A stretch of 64,000 nt of DNA. It comes from Blastocladiella emersonii ATCC 22665 (lineage: Eukaryota > Fungi > Blastocladiomycota). The stretch is taken from positions 310,001 through 374,000 of the forward strand of contig JANHCV010000015.1 of NCBI GenBank assembly GCA_025594325.1, read 5' to 3'. Within the stretch, counting starts at the first letter, position 1, and each line of letters starts with the position of its first letter. Below are positions 48,032 to 58,501 of the stretch, one piece after another. Under the pieces are notes generated by a model that saw nothing but the letters and a program-made list of their open reading frames with translations, was not told the origin of the DNA and made no database searches. Made by a program: the position numbers and the translations under genes.

Positions 48032-49016
48032 TCACGCCGCCGACTTCTTGGTCGCGGGCCCCGTGAGCAGCGCCATGGCGGCCTGGTACTTGCGCTGGGT
48101 CTCGGCGATCACGTCGTCGGGGAGCGCGACGCCCGTCTTCTTGTCGAAGCCGGGGAGCGCGAGCAGGTAGTTGCGCACGTACTGCTTGTCGAACGAGTTC
48201 TGGTCGCGGCCGGGCGCGTACTCGTCGGCGGGCCAGAACCGCGACGAGTCGGGCGTCAGCACCTCGTCGATCAGGTGCAGCGTGCCGTTCGCGTCGACGC
48301 CAAACTCGAACTTGGTGTCGGCAATGATGATGTTGCGCTCGCGCGCGTACGCGGCGGCACGCGAGTACAGCGCCAGCGCCGCACGCTCGACCTGCGCGGC
48401 GAGGTCGGCGCCAATGATCTCGGCGACCTTGGACGGGTGGATGTTCTCGTCGTGGTCGCCGATCTCGGCCTTGGTGCTCGGCGTGAACAGCGGCGTCGGC
48501 AGCTGCTGCGCCTCGACCAGCCCCGCGGGCAGCGGAATGTCGCACACGGTGCCCTTGGCCTGGTACTCCTTCCACCCGGACCCCGTGATGTACCCGCGCA
48601 CAATCGCCTCGATCGGGAGCACCGTCAGCTTCTTGACCAGCAGGCAGCGCCCGTCCAGCTGCGCGCGGTACTGCTGCACCTTGGCCGGCATCTCGTCCAT
48701 GTTGGCCGTGATCAGGTGGTTCGGCAGCACGTCGGCCAGGTGCCCGAACCAGAACACCGAGATGCCCGTCAGGATCTTGCCCTTGTCGGGGATGCCCTAC
48801 GTGCGGTGCGGTCGTCGCGGGTGAGCGCCCCGCGTGGTGGTTGAGGACGGGTGGACGCGCGGGCGGGCGTACGTTCTTCATGATCACGTCAAACGCCGAG
48901 AGCCGGTCGGTCGCGACAAACAGCAGCGAGTGCTCGTCCACGTCGTAGAGGTCGCGGACCTTGCCGCGCGCGAGCAGCTTGAGGTCGGGGCACTCGCTGT
49001 TGGTGAGGGCGTTCAT
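48032..49016 (-). CDS. ADE1: SAICAR synthetase (phosphoribosylaminoimidazole-succinocarboxamide synthase), 2 exons
   Basis: [19 protein letters not shown]|[60 protein letters not shown]. Confidence 0.97.
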
Positions 49017-49291
49017 GGTGATGATACGTTGCAATAGAGCGGGTTCGTTGGTGAGAGAGCGAGGGCGGAGGGCGCCGAGGTTCAAGAGGAGGACGCGAGT
49101 CGTATCGCGGTCGGGTCGGAGCGGCTCGCGTCGGCGTGGGCGCACGCACGCGTCCCGAGATTTTCCGACCGGCCGAGCCCGGAAAATCCCGAGGCGACAC
49201 GAGCACGTCGAGTGCTCCTCCGCGACCACAAATCTCGACCCATGAACGCGAATGAACCCGCCCAACTCCATGCAGCTGGATCCTGCCTTAT

Positions 49292-50826
49292 GTGACCCTT
49301 CCCTTTGACGTCCTCGAGCTGGTCGTCACGATCGCAACGCCGCGATCCGCGCTGGTGGCCTCTTCGCGCGTTGTCCAGAGCGTTTTCGCTTCTGGCGCGA
49401 TCCACTTTGCTTGGCTTCACTCCGTCGTTGTGCGTGAAAACCGCCACCTCTCGGTGACGCCCGGCTGGCCGACCCAGTTCGGACGCACTTGAGCGCATAC
49501 CTAGGTCGTCCCTTGGACGCTGCTCGCCGCGCGCGTGGGGACTATCGTCCCGGTGACACCTCCTCTCGGCCTACGCTCCCTTTCACCCGCAATCTCATTA
49601 CCCGGCTTGTGCTCGCCGTCCGCGTTGACTTGCTTCGAAACGTACCTGATCAGAGCGAGCAAGAGTGGACATGCCGCGTTGACAGCCTGACCGATGTCGT
49701 TCGGGCCAATCCCGCCGGCGCCGCTTCGTGGCACCCGCTCATCGTCATGCTGCAGCTCGCCATCTTTTTTACGCTTGTGGGCGACCTTGCGCTTCTCGAG
49801 CACCTCATCCGGTGCTTCCAAACCCATCTAGCTCACTTCCACCCTTGGTCTGCGCCGATGCTCGATTACTTCCACCTCGGCTGCGAGTGGAGCATTCAGC
49901 TGACCGATATCATGACCATCGACGCAAGCGCTAGTTACTCCTTCAAGCTCCACGAGCTGTCGAGCTCTGTTCCGGGCTTGGGCTTGCCGCTTCGCGGCCT
50001 CGTTCCGTACCTTGTCGCGCGCGCCGTATTCCAGCGAGGCTTTGACCTCAACTTGCGTTTTGACGAGTGTCACGAGCCGCTGTTTGCATTCAAGTCCAAG
50101 GCCGCTTCTGATACCGCTCCGGCCGACCCCAGCACTTGCACCGCTTGCAAACCGGCTCGCTTTGGGTCCGGAGAACCCTGCACCGACGCATGCTTACGCA
50201 AGCGGCACTGGTTTCGCAGGAACCAGTGGAAGCCAAGCCGCGCAAACTGCCATCTCCCATTGCATGCTGAATTTATTCGCGGCAAAAAGTATGTCGAGGT
50301 CTACGTCCCTGCTCCTAACGTACTGGACAGCGACGGAATCCCGCGGCCGGCCTCGATTCTCAATGCCCTCTTTGACAATTATGTGTGTGGTGACGAGGAA
50401 GAGCTCGAATTCGAGGGCACTCTCGCCGAGCTTTACCGCGGCGACTATCTTGGCGTTGACCGTATGCGCAAGCTTACCGACGTTGGGCTTGGACGAAGTA
50501 TCTTATTGACTGATCAAATGGAACGCGCGCTCCGTAAATGCGATCTTGCCATGTTTGAGCTTGCCGATGAGGTCCTTGGCCCTCACGAGTACAAGCTCCG
50601 TTTGGAATACGGCACGTTTGCTCACCTTTGCCTTCCAACACCAAAACTAACGCCAAAACCCGCAATCCTAGTGCTTTGCATGGTTGGAATGTATTCGGGG
50701 TACGCGACCGTCTGCCTTGGTCTCTTGTTGGCACTTGATCGCGGTATCCAGCTCAGCGATCTCTTCGATTTCTACATTGGCCGAGGGCTTCGCAACATCG
50801 TTCGCGAGCATCCAGACATTGCTTAG
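49292..50826 (+). pseudogene. Orphan family member A (F-box-like N-terminus), frameshifted near 49490
   Basis: The N-terminal frame [24 protein letters not shown] has no in-frame ATG and stops at 49492. Homology to paralogs B/D continues in a second 445-aa frame. Confidence 0.55.
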
Positions 50827-50873
50827 GCGCTCATTTGCCAGCCGTACTCGCACGAACCGGCCGCGGTCTTTGA

Positions 50874-51254
50874 TCAGCTATTGCACAACGCAGTGGTGGT
50901 GGTGATGGTGGTCCGGGTGCAGGAGGTGATGAGGGTGGCGACGACCATGGCCTCGTTGCGAAACGCGACCGCTGCGCTTGCGCACAGGGCGAGGGCATTT
51001 TGCCAAGGGGTGAAGCGCTGGTGAATAAAGCGCTCCCAGGGAGCAGCCGAAATGAGCACGTCCGCAAGATGCTTGCCAACGTCGTCAAACCAGTGAAGCA
51101 TGAGCATGCGAGCCTCGGCTGCAGCGTCCGCAAGCACGCGAGACACGCAGGCGGTTCGCGACGCGGGTCGGCTGAGCAAGAGAACGTGCTCGAGTAGCTC
51201 GGGAGGAATCGAGGCAAAGTTCAGCGGGGCAATCTTTTCATTCATTCGTTTCAT
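50874..51254 (-). CDS. Short F-box-like protein or fragment, divergent from family member B
   Basis: FASIPPELLEHVLLL resembles an F-box start; the rest is unrecognisable. Confidence 0.4.
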   Translation of the reverse strand: MKRMNEKIAPLNFASIPPELLEHVLLLSRPASRTACVSRVLADAAAEARMLMLHWFDDVGKHLADVLISAAPWERFIHQRFTPWQNALALCASAAVAFRNEAMVVATLITSCTRTTITTTTALCNS

Positions 51255-51329
51255 CAAGGGTCGTGCTGCGGGAGAGAGAACGCGCCACGACGCGTCGCGC
51301 CGATTTTCACCAAAAGCCGCGCTCCCGTC

Positions 51330-51540
51330 GCTCGCCCTCCGCACTCACGCACACACGCAGCTGATGGAATAAACTCACGCAACTTCATGCAATGGACTCC
51401 TTGCACCCTATGAATCTCCCGTTCGACGTGCTCGAACGCGTCGTTGCCATGACCACGCCGCGGTCGATGCCCGTGGCTTCCTCACGCGCGGTTCACGCCC
51501 TTGTCTCGTCGGGCGCCATGCACCTCATCTGGCTCCTACG
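51330..51540 (+). repeat. Duplicated upstream + N-terminal block shared with about 61750-61960
   Basis: Near-identical text in both places, e.g. cacgcagctgatg.aataa...acgcaacttcatgcaatggact..ttgcaccctatg and gcggttcacgcccttgtctcgtcgggcgccatgcacctca. Confidence 0.85.
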
Positions 51541-51997
51541 CGTAGCGGTCCGCAATACCGGTTATCTCGGCGACATGCCGCTTGGGTGGCAGGACCCGGA
51601 TTTGCCGATCCGCGTCAGCATGAGCGTGTACTTGGGCAGCCTGTTGCAAGCCGACCGTGCGGCGCGCTCCGCAATTGTGCAAGGCGAATCGGTTCACCGG
51701 CCTGCCTGTCCAATCACGTCGGAATTGCTCGAGCGCCTTGTGTTTGCCGTCCATGTTGATGCCCAGCGACACAAGCTCAAAGGCGGCAAGGAGGCGTGGA
51801 TTCAATACGTTGCGACATTGACGAAGGCCGCCGCTGACGACGACCTGGGTGCTGCCATCGTACATTTCTGGCTGACCCGAATGGGGTGGTTGAGGTGGCT
51901 GGACCACTGCCGCCCAATTGGGAACTTGATCCAAGTCGGGACGGGCAGGTTCAATCGGACCCCGGAGGCCCGATTGGACCTCGCCTGGTTCAATTGA
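51392..51997 (+). pseudogene. Orphan family member B, apparently C-terminally truncated
   Basis: MDSLHPMNLPFDVLERVVAMTTPRSMPVASSRAVHAL aligns with A and D; similarity is lost after about DLGAAIVHFW. Confidence 0.55.
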
Positions 51998-52139
51998 AAC
52001 TCGGCCTCACAACCAACCCAATCGGGTTTCCTGCACTAAGCGCGTTTTTCACGCTGCAAAAAATCAGCTCCTCGAAATACAGCTAGCAAATCGAAAAGAA
52101 AGAGAAATTGATCAGAGAAAGACACTCGAATTCAATGCA

Positions 52140-53000
52140 TCACCCAACAAACGCAGATCGCCTGCTCCGGCCATTCGCGTACTCCTCGCGCAGCTCGCGC
52201 GTGCGCTTGAGGCGCGCCCGCGACCACGACCGCGACCGCGACCTCCGACTTGGCGTCGCGCTGGGGCCCGCGACCTTGGCAACATGACGTCTCGCGTCGA
52301 ACACGACGACCTCGTGCGAGAGGAACTCGGCCTCGCGCAGCGTCTCGAACTCGATGTCGGGCGGGCAGTCGCAGGGCGGAACGGGGACGGTCTTGTTGAG
52401 CTTGGCCATGAACTCGGCGGCCGCAACCTTGTTCTTGCAGGTCGCCGTCTTCTCCACGACCGCGATCTCGGGGTTTCAGGTCCAGGACTAGATGACCCGT
52501 CGCCGGCGGCCTCGATCATAGTGGCGCGGCCACCGACGTGGTCCTCGTAGCACGGGTGCGGCCCGAGTATAACTCGGGCGTGGCGTGGTGGTAGCCCTTG
52601 GACGCGCATGCGCGTGCGAGTTGTGGGAGATGCGGTCGACCACGGCGCAGACCTCGTACAGGACGCGCACCACCAGCTTGACGTCAGTGGCGGCGGGCAC
52701 GAGCTCGCCGTCCGTGTCGAAGACGACGTGGTGCTAGAAGTGCTCGAACCACGGGAGCATGGTGCCTAGCAGTCGCGGGGATGAGAGATCAGTCGAGAAG
52801 TACGCGTTGCGACACCGCGGGCAAGCGTATCGCGTACGTCGACGACGTGTAAAGCCGGACGAGCGGGCGGCGATGCCGCGGGTCACGCTGGGGACGCCCC
52901 GAGAGCGTGGTCTTGTCGCACACGTTAGGGCAGAAGCCGCGTCGCGATCAAAGCCTAGACGGCGTCGGGACGATGCAGCGCTGTCAGCGCGGTGCTCACG
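52140..53000 (-). pseudogene. Degenerate gene relic, possibly MYND-finger related
   Basis: Coding-like segments YACPRCRNAYFSTD...LGTMLPWFEHF*HHVVFDTDGELVP...VRVLYEVC, broken by a TAG and frameshifts. Confidence 0.3.
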
Positions 53001-53769
53001 GAGCGCGAGGACGGCCAGGCTGACGCATACGCTTCCAGAACCGTGGGGGAGAGCGAGCGTATGGTTGCCGAGGGTCTTGAGGCGGTGGCCGAGCGTGGTG
53101 ATGCCGGCGAGGCCGGGCGGGAACTTGAGGACCGCGAGCGCGAGCGCGACGGGGAGGAGACGGAGCGTCACGGACGCGCGACACTGTCCGCCATGGTGAG
53201 GAAGATGGGCAGGGATCGGGTGGTGGTCGGGTGGTGGATCGCCAGGGCGTCGTGCTGCGTGAGGGGGGATGGAAGAGCGGGCTGCGCGGGGTGGCGGGCG
53301 GGCGCTCAAGTGAGGGCGAGCCGGTGGCGTCGATCGGCGCGAGCGAAACGCAGGTGCGCCGACGTCACCGGGGCCCATGTGACTGGTTGACAGGGCCTCT
53401 GCTGCTCAACCGCCGCTCGAAAAAACGCCAAGTCCCGAGAGTGGGCTGCTCTCGCTCTCTCCCCCACTCGCTGCTGCCGGCGCCCCATGAAGCTTTATCC
53501 ACTACCGCCGGCCGCCACCTCTTCGCTCGAGCTCGGCCTGCGTGCCCGCTTGCTCGCGACCGAGTAGGCGCGCCCGCTGCACCACGCTGCCGCCGTCACG
53601 GTTTCGTTCGGGTCCCGCGACGAGCTGCACCTGGACCCGCGGCTCGAGCACGACAACATCATACACCCCACCTCCCTCCCCGCCGACGGTTCGCCGCATC
53701 TGACCCGCGAAACAGCGTCGCCGCGGCGCGTGGAGCGCGACCCTGCAGACGCTGCGCGCCGAGCGCGAC

Positions 53770-54848
53770 ATGCGCAAGCGTGACCCGCCGTCGCGCAAGT
53801 CGGCCATAGAGCCGCTCACCTACTACGTGTCGCCGGCGCTGCCCTTCTCCTCGCCCTTTCGCCGCTCGCGGTCCGAGTCCATCACCGTCGAGGCCACGAT
53901 CTACCCGGTGTTTGTCAACGTGGTCGCCGTCGGCCTGTGCACCATGAAGACCATCGCCGTCGTCGAGTCGCTCCTCGCCATCATGCGCGCCTTCGCCGAC
54001 TTCGTGGCCCTCGTCCGCCTGCCCGTGTTCACGCGCGACTGGCTCGAGACTCCGCAGCTGTACTAGCATTTCGAGATCGTGCAGCCCGAGGCCGACGTGT
54101 ATTTCGGCAGGCCCGCCAGTGGCGGCGGCGGCCTGGCGAGTCGGGTTGCGCGACCAACCACGGCGGCGGCGACGAGGAGTGGGGCGACGGGCTTCGCTGC
54201 TCGCTGCCTACGCGCTCGCCGACCTGGCCGTGTTCCGCCCCGACCTGCTCACGTCCATCTTCCACGTGTACTCGCACGTGCTCACCTCGCGCGCGCCGCG
54301 TCGACCACCGCCTCGTCCCGATCTCGTCGCTGTCCGCTTCTCCTCGTGTGTGGCTCCGCGGCTACGGCGCGCGACGTCGACCGCGACCTTTTGCCCAACG
54401 TGACCATCGGCGTCTTCAAGCAGGCCAAGATCGCCATGACGTGGGCGGCGCTGCTTTGGCGCCCAATCGAGCAGGTCGCGCACGCGCGGCAGAAGTCGTA
54501 ACACGGTCGCGTGGCCCGCAATGGCGTGCTCTGCACGACCGTGACCGACGACGGCCGGAATCCCCACCGCATCGGCCACCTGGTGCAGTTCGTCAAGTGC
54601 CGGTACGACGGCGGTCGCGCGCGCGAGTTCGCCGTGATCCGACACGCTCGTGGTCGACTGCCGCTGGCTGCAGCGAGACGGGCGTCGTCGTGCGCACGCG
54701 GATGGGCGAGTCAACTCCAACCCCGCGCGCGGCCGCGCAATCATCAACATCAGCTCAATCGTCGCCGTCCTCAACCTGATACTCGGCCCGCACTACACGA
54801 AGCGGACTCGCACGCGTTCATTCTGTTCCGCGGCTGCAGTTCGCTAGG
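53770..54848 (+). pseudogene. Degenerate coding relic with in-frame stops and frameshifts
   Basis: Biased-codon segments read through stops (ETPQLY*HFEIVQPEADVYF; HARQKS*HGRVARNGVLC). Confidence 0.45.
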
Positions 54849-55280
54849 ATTTCAGATTCTTGCGCTGGCGTACCTGTATATATCTCGAGCTCGTTCGCTT
54901 CTCCTCATTATTACACCGTCTCTCCTCATAGCGCTCCCTTTCAGGGAGCACTTTCCTCCTTGATCGAACGTTTTGGGCCGCGAATCCATCATTTAATTCT
55001 TGAGGTGGAATTTGAGCTCATCGATTTACGTGTCTAAGTCTTCGAGTCCGTGGCTGACCCCATTTAATTTAGGGCCCGTTTGGTTCAGATCAGGTGGATC
55101 AGCTGAAACAGTTGCCACGTTTCACCTCACCCCCGTTCATCTCAGCGGCCGTGCGAACCAAACGCCCCGCTGGATGAACGCCCCCCCGCAATAAAATCTT
55201 TCCCACCTCTTTGCAGCCGCACTTATTGCAACGAATCAACACCTAACCTCACGCATCGTGTTCTCGAGCCCTCAAACAAC

Positions 55281-56598
55281 ATGGGCAAGGGATACAACCG
55301 CAAGCTGCGCGGCCTAATGCTCACAGCCGCCCTCGCTCTCCTGCGACGTCTCGCTGCTCGCAACGAGCGCCGCTCGTGGGAGCCTATCCGCACGTCCACG
55401 CTTTCCGGCGAGTCGTGGGTTTAAGAGCTGCTGACGTGCAACAGCGAAACGCGTTTTTCGGAAATCGCCCGTATGCCCCGCGAGACCTTCAAGGCCATCT
55501 GCCGCCTGTTCCGCGACCGTGGCCTTCTCGCCGACGGCCGCGAGCTGTCCGTCGAGGCGCGCTTCATGGTTTTTCTTGTCATGGCCGGCGAGGGCAGCAC
55601 CAACCGCAACCTCAGGGAGCGGTTCCAAATCTCTGGCGAGACCGCGTCCAGGGTTCTGAAGCAAGTGCTCGACGCTCTGTACCGCCTGATGCCCGAGTTC
55701 ATTGTCCAGCCGTCCGATTCTACGCCCGTGCATGAGCGCATCGCCCACGACCCGAAATACGCTCCGTTCCAGAACGCGGTCGGCGCGCTTGACGGAACGC
55801 ACATCCCGTTTGTTGTGCCCACTAAGCTTCACGACTCGTTCCGAAACCGCAAGGGGACCATATACTCAAATGTCCTCGCTGCCTGCGACTTTGACTTGAA
55901 CTTCACCTACGTTCTCGCAGGGTGGGAGGGCAAGGCGCATGACTCGCGCGTGCTCTCGGACGCCTTCGCCCGTGGGTTCAAGATCCCCGCCGGCCGCTTC
56001 TACCTCGCCGACGGCGGCTACGCAAACCGCACGTCCATCATCGTGCCCTTCAGCGGTACCCGCTATCATCTTCGCGAGTTTGCCCGCGGCAAGGATGGGT
56101 ACGTTCTCACTGCCATGACCATCACGTTGGCGCCATCTCATCTGCTTCACCAACGTACGTAGAGTTAAGAACCGCGAAGAGCTTTTCAATCTGCGTCACG
56201 CGTCGCTCCGCAACTCCATTGAGCATATCTTTGGCGTGCTCAAGAAGCGTTTCCGCGTCCTCTCGATTGGCGCGGCCTACCCAATCAAGACTCAAGTCAA
56301 GCTTGTGTACGCGCTCTGCACGCTGCACAACATGATCAACAAGTGGAACCAAGGCGGCGACGCCTTCTTTCGCGACGCCGAGACGGAGCTCCGGCGCGCG
56401 CGGGACGCGGCGCGTGAGGCGCCAGTGCGTGGGCGCGAGCCCCTGGACGACGAGAACGAGGAGGACGACGAGGCCGCTGTCCTCGAGGCCTCGCTGGACG
56501 GAGCTCGTCAGCGCGGTATCTCGCTTCGGAACCGCGTCGCAAATGTTCTTTGGACCGAGTACAGGCGCGTCATGGCCGCTCGTGGGACCCGTCTTTGA
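55281..56598 (+). pseudogene. Harbinger transposase, copy 2, with the same in-frame TAA (55422-55424); intron 56099-56162
   Basis: ATG 55281 ...LSGESWV*ELL... is in frame with MPRETF at 55473. Catalytic DDE motifs are intact. Confidence 0.88.
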
Positions 56599-56911
56599 AG
56601 GCGCGAAATAATTGTTGTACCCGCATGCATGCTGTAATATACTGATTTGTCAAGTACTATAACGTTAGATAAGCGATTCCAGATGATTTGACGCGTCGCT
56701 GAGGTCAGAACGCATCGGTGGAGACGCGTCGATCAATCACGTGACGTGCGAGACACTTTGAGAACCACGCGTTTCTCAACGAGTCGCGTCATTTTCGAGC
56801 GAAGGGTAACGATTGAAGATACGATGGACACAAAGCCAGATGTATTGGACACAAATGGGCGAGAACAAGGCCAGGAAGCAACGCGAGGGGAGGGGGACAT
56901 GTGCGAGTGAG

Positions 56912-57376
56912 CTACTGAATGAAAATCTCGAGGATGCGCTTGCGCTTCGATTCGGACACGGCCATGACGCGAAGCGCTTGATCCTCGGTCAGGCGGGTGG
57001 CGACGTCGATCTGGTACTCTTCATTGTCGTTGTACGCGTCCTGGACCCATTCAAGTGCGGCGGTCAAGACGGGCTTGGAGTCGGCGGTCGCGACGCTCTG
57101 GAACACCTCCTTGATGCCCATGAGGAATTCCGAGTCCGAGAGGCGACGCGAGCTGCTGTCCGAAGTGCGGCTGCGCTTGCTGGCGGGGGCCGCGTCGTCT
57201 TGACCATCGACACCTTCCACGTCACCAGACTCCTTGCCGTCCTGCTCGAGGTGCGAGTACTCGCCGGTGGTGGTCGAGCTGCCCCACGAAGGAAAACAGC
57301 GTTTATATAGGCCGGGAAGCACAGCCTGAAGGTTTCGGGGGCGAGCAGACGGGCAATTCAGCGACGAGGGTTCCAT
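56912..57376 (-). CDS. Harbinger accessory ORF, copy 2
   Basis: Translation identical to 21152-21616. Confidence 0.5.
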   Translation of the reverse strand: MEPSSLNCPSARPRNLQAVLPGLYKRCFPSWGSSTTTGEYSHLEQDGKESGDVEGVDGQDDAAPASKRSRTSDSSSRRLSDSEFLMGIKEVFQSVATADSKPVLTAALEWVQDAYNDNEEYQIDVATRLTEDQALRVMAVSESKRKRILEIFIQ

Positions 57377-57646
57377 TCAGCTCATCCGGGGGTCGACCCA
57401 AACGCCGCGATGAACGCGACGGGGTGAAAATGCCACGTTTCAGCTGGGTGAACACCGGACCGTGTAAAATCGATTGATCCACCTGATTCACCCCGGAACC
57501 AAACGGGCCCTTATTTCCATGAGGAATCGGGTCACCTCAGGCGCGGTCGGGTATAGCCAGGCCCAGTCGGGTCAGGTTGCAGGTCCAATCGGGTCTGCTG
57601 CAAGCTCCAATCGGCTAGCCTGGTTCCAGCGCCGAAATGGCGTTTC

Positions 57647-58501
57647 ATGATGGCTCCGCCGCACCCGTTTCTTCTACTTTTGCAAATCGTGACGTTTCTT
57701 GGGCTGATTGGCGAGCTCGACCTCCTCGAGCGGCTCAACTCGAGTCTCACGACCCACCTGTCCGCATATTTTCCGTGGGCCTGTCGAGCTGATGATATCT
57801 ACGAGCACTGCTGCGGCTTGGAGGGCTCTGGTCCGGGAAGCCTGGAATTGTGGATCGGCCCGGACGATTCAAACGAGTTCCTTGCAGTAGGTCTCTTTCA
57901 AAGTCTCGCCACGCGCGCTGTGGTCGAGTGGGACGTTGAGTCAACCACTCGATTCGAGCATGGGCCTTTCGATATCGACTTCAACATCATCATCAAGCAT
58001 GCGTCGAGCGACGCGGGCCAAAGGCTTCTGCACTTCAACCTCGACTTCGCTACGTACCTCTGCACCGATTCAATCCTTGCTCATCTCGACTGGCTTCACT
58101 CACATGGGTGGATGTTGGAGCGCCGCTTATACCCATCCTATGCCAAGTTTGTTCTCCGGGGCCACAACCCCAAACTCATTGCAGCGGTCTATCAAGCGTA
58201 CGATTGGGTCGATCAGGAGTCTGCTCTTGTCCCGACTCCCAACCGCTACATGCCCACCCGCATGTTTTACAAGCGTGGGTTCGAGGAGGCTTTGTTGTGG
58301 CATTTCAAGGATGCGTACCTGAGTGTGGATCAGCTACTCTTGTTTGCAGACGTTGACTTGGACATCAGCCTCCTGGTCGCACAGCAGCTGGCCAATGCCC
58401 TCAAAGACTGTGACAGCAGCATGCTTGACTACACACCCAAAATCGCACCGTGGGGCAGGATGTTGGGTAGACGTCGAGTGACGGGATTTTGTCAGAGGTG
58501 A
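57647..58501 (+). CDS. Orphan family member C, lacking the F-box-like N-terminus
   Basis: HPFLLLLQIVTFLGLIGELDLLERL...RAVVEWDVESTTRFEHGPFDIDFNIIIKH aligns with D (LLQIATFLGFIGDHDLLEQL...RAVFQWDLESVSRFEREPFGFDVRAIINH) and A (HPLIVMLQLAIFFTLVGDLALLEHL). Confidence 0.6.
   Translation: MMAPPHPFLLLLQIVTFLGLIGELDLLERLNSSLTTHLSAYFPWACRADDIYEHCCGLEGSGPGSLELWIGPDDSNEFLAVGLFQSLATRAVVEWDVESTTRFEHGPFDIDFNIIIKHASSDAGQRLLHFNLDFATYLCTDSILAHLDWLHSHGWMLERRLYPSYAKFVLRGHNPKLIAAVYQAYDWVDQESALVPTPNRYMPTRMFYKRGFEEALLWHFKDAYLSVDQLLLFADVDLDISLLVAQQLANALKDCDSSMLDYTPKIAPWGRMLGRRRVTGFCQR

Larger units (their letters stand above)
55072..57510 (+). mobile_element. PIF/Harbinger DNA transposon, copy 2 (2439 bp), inverted relative to copy 1
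   Basis: Same 15-bp TIRs; TTA target duplication (55069-55071, 57511-57513). Internal ORFs map exactly onto copy 1 (position = 78528 minus x) with identical translations. Confidence 0.97.

Noticed and set aside
55422-55424. Alternative genetic code (TAA as sense) to explain the transposase stop
   Set aside because: TAA ends several genes here at the expected position (peptide paralogs 1, 2, 4 and the NASP-like gene).
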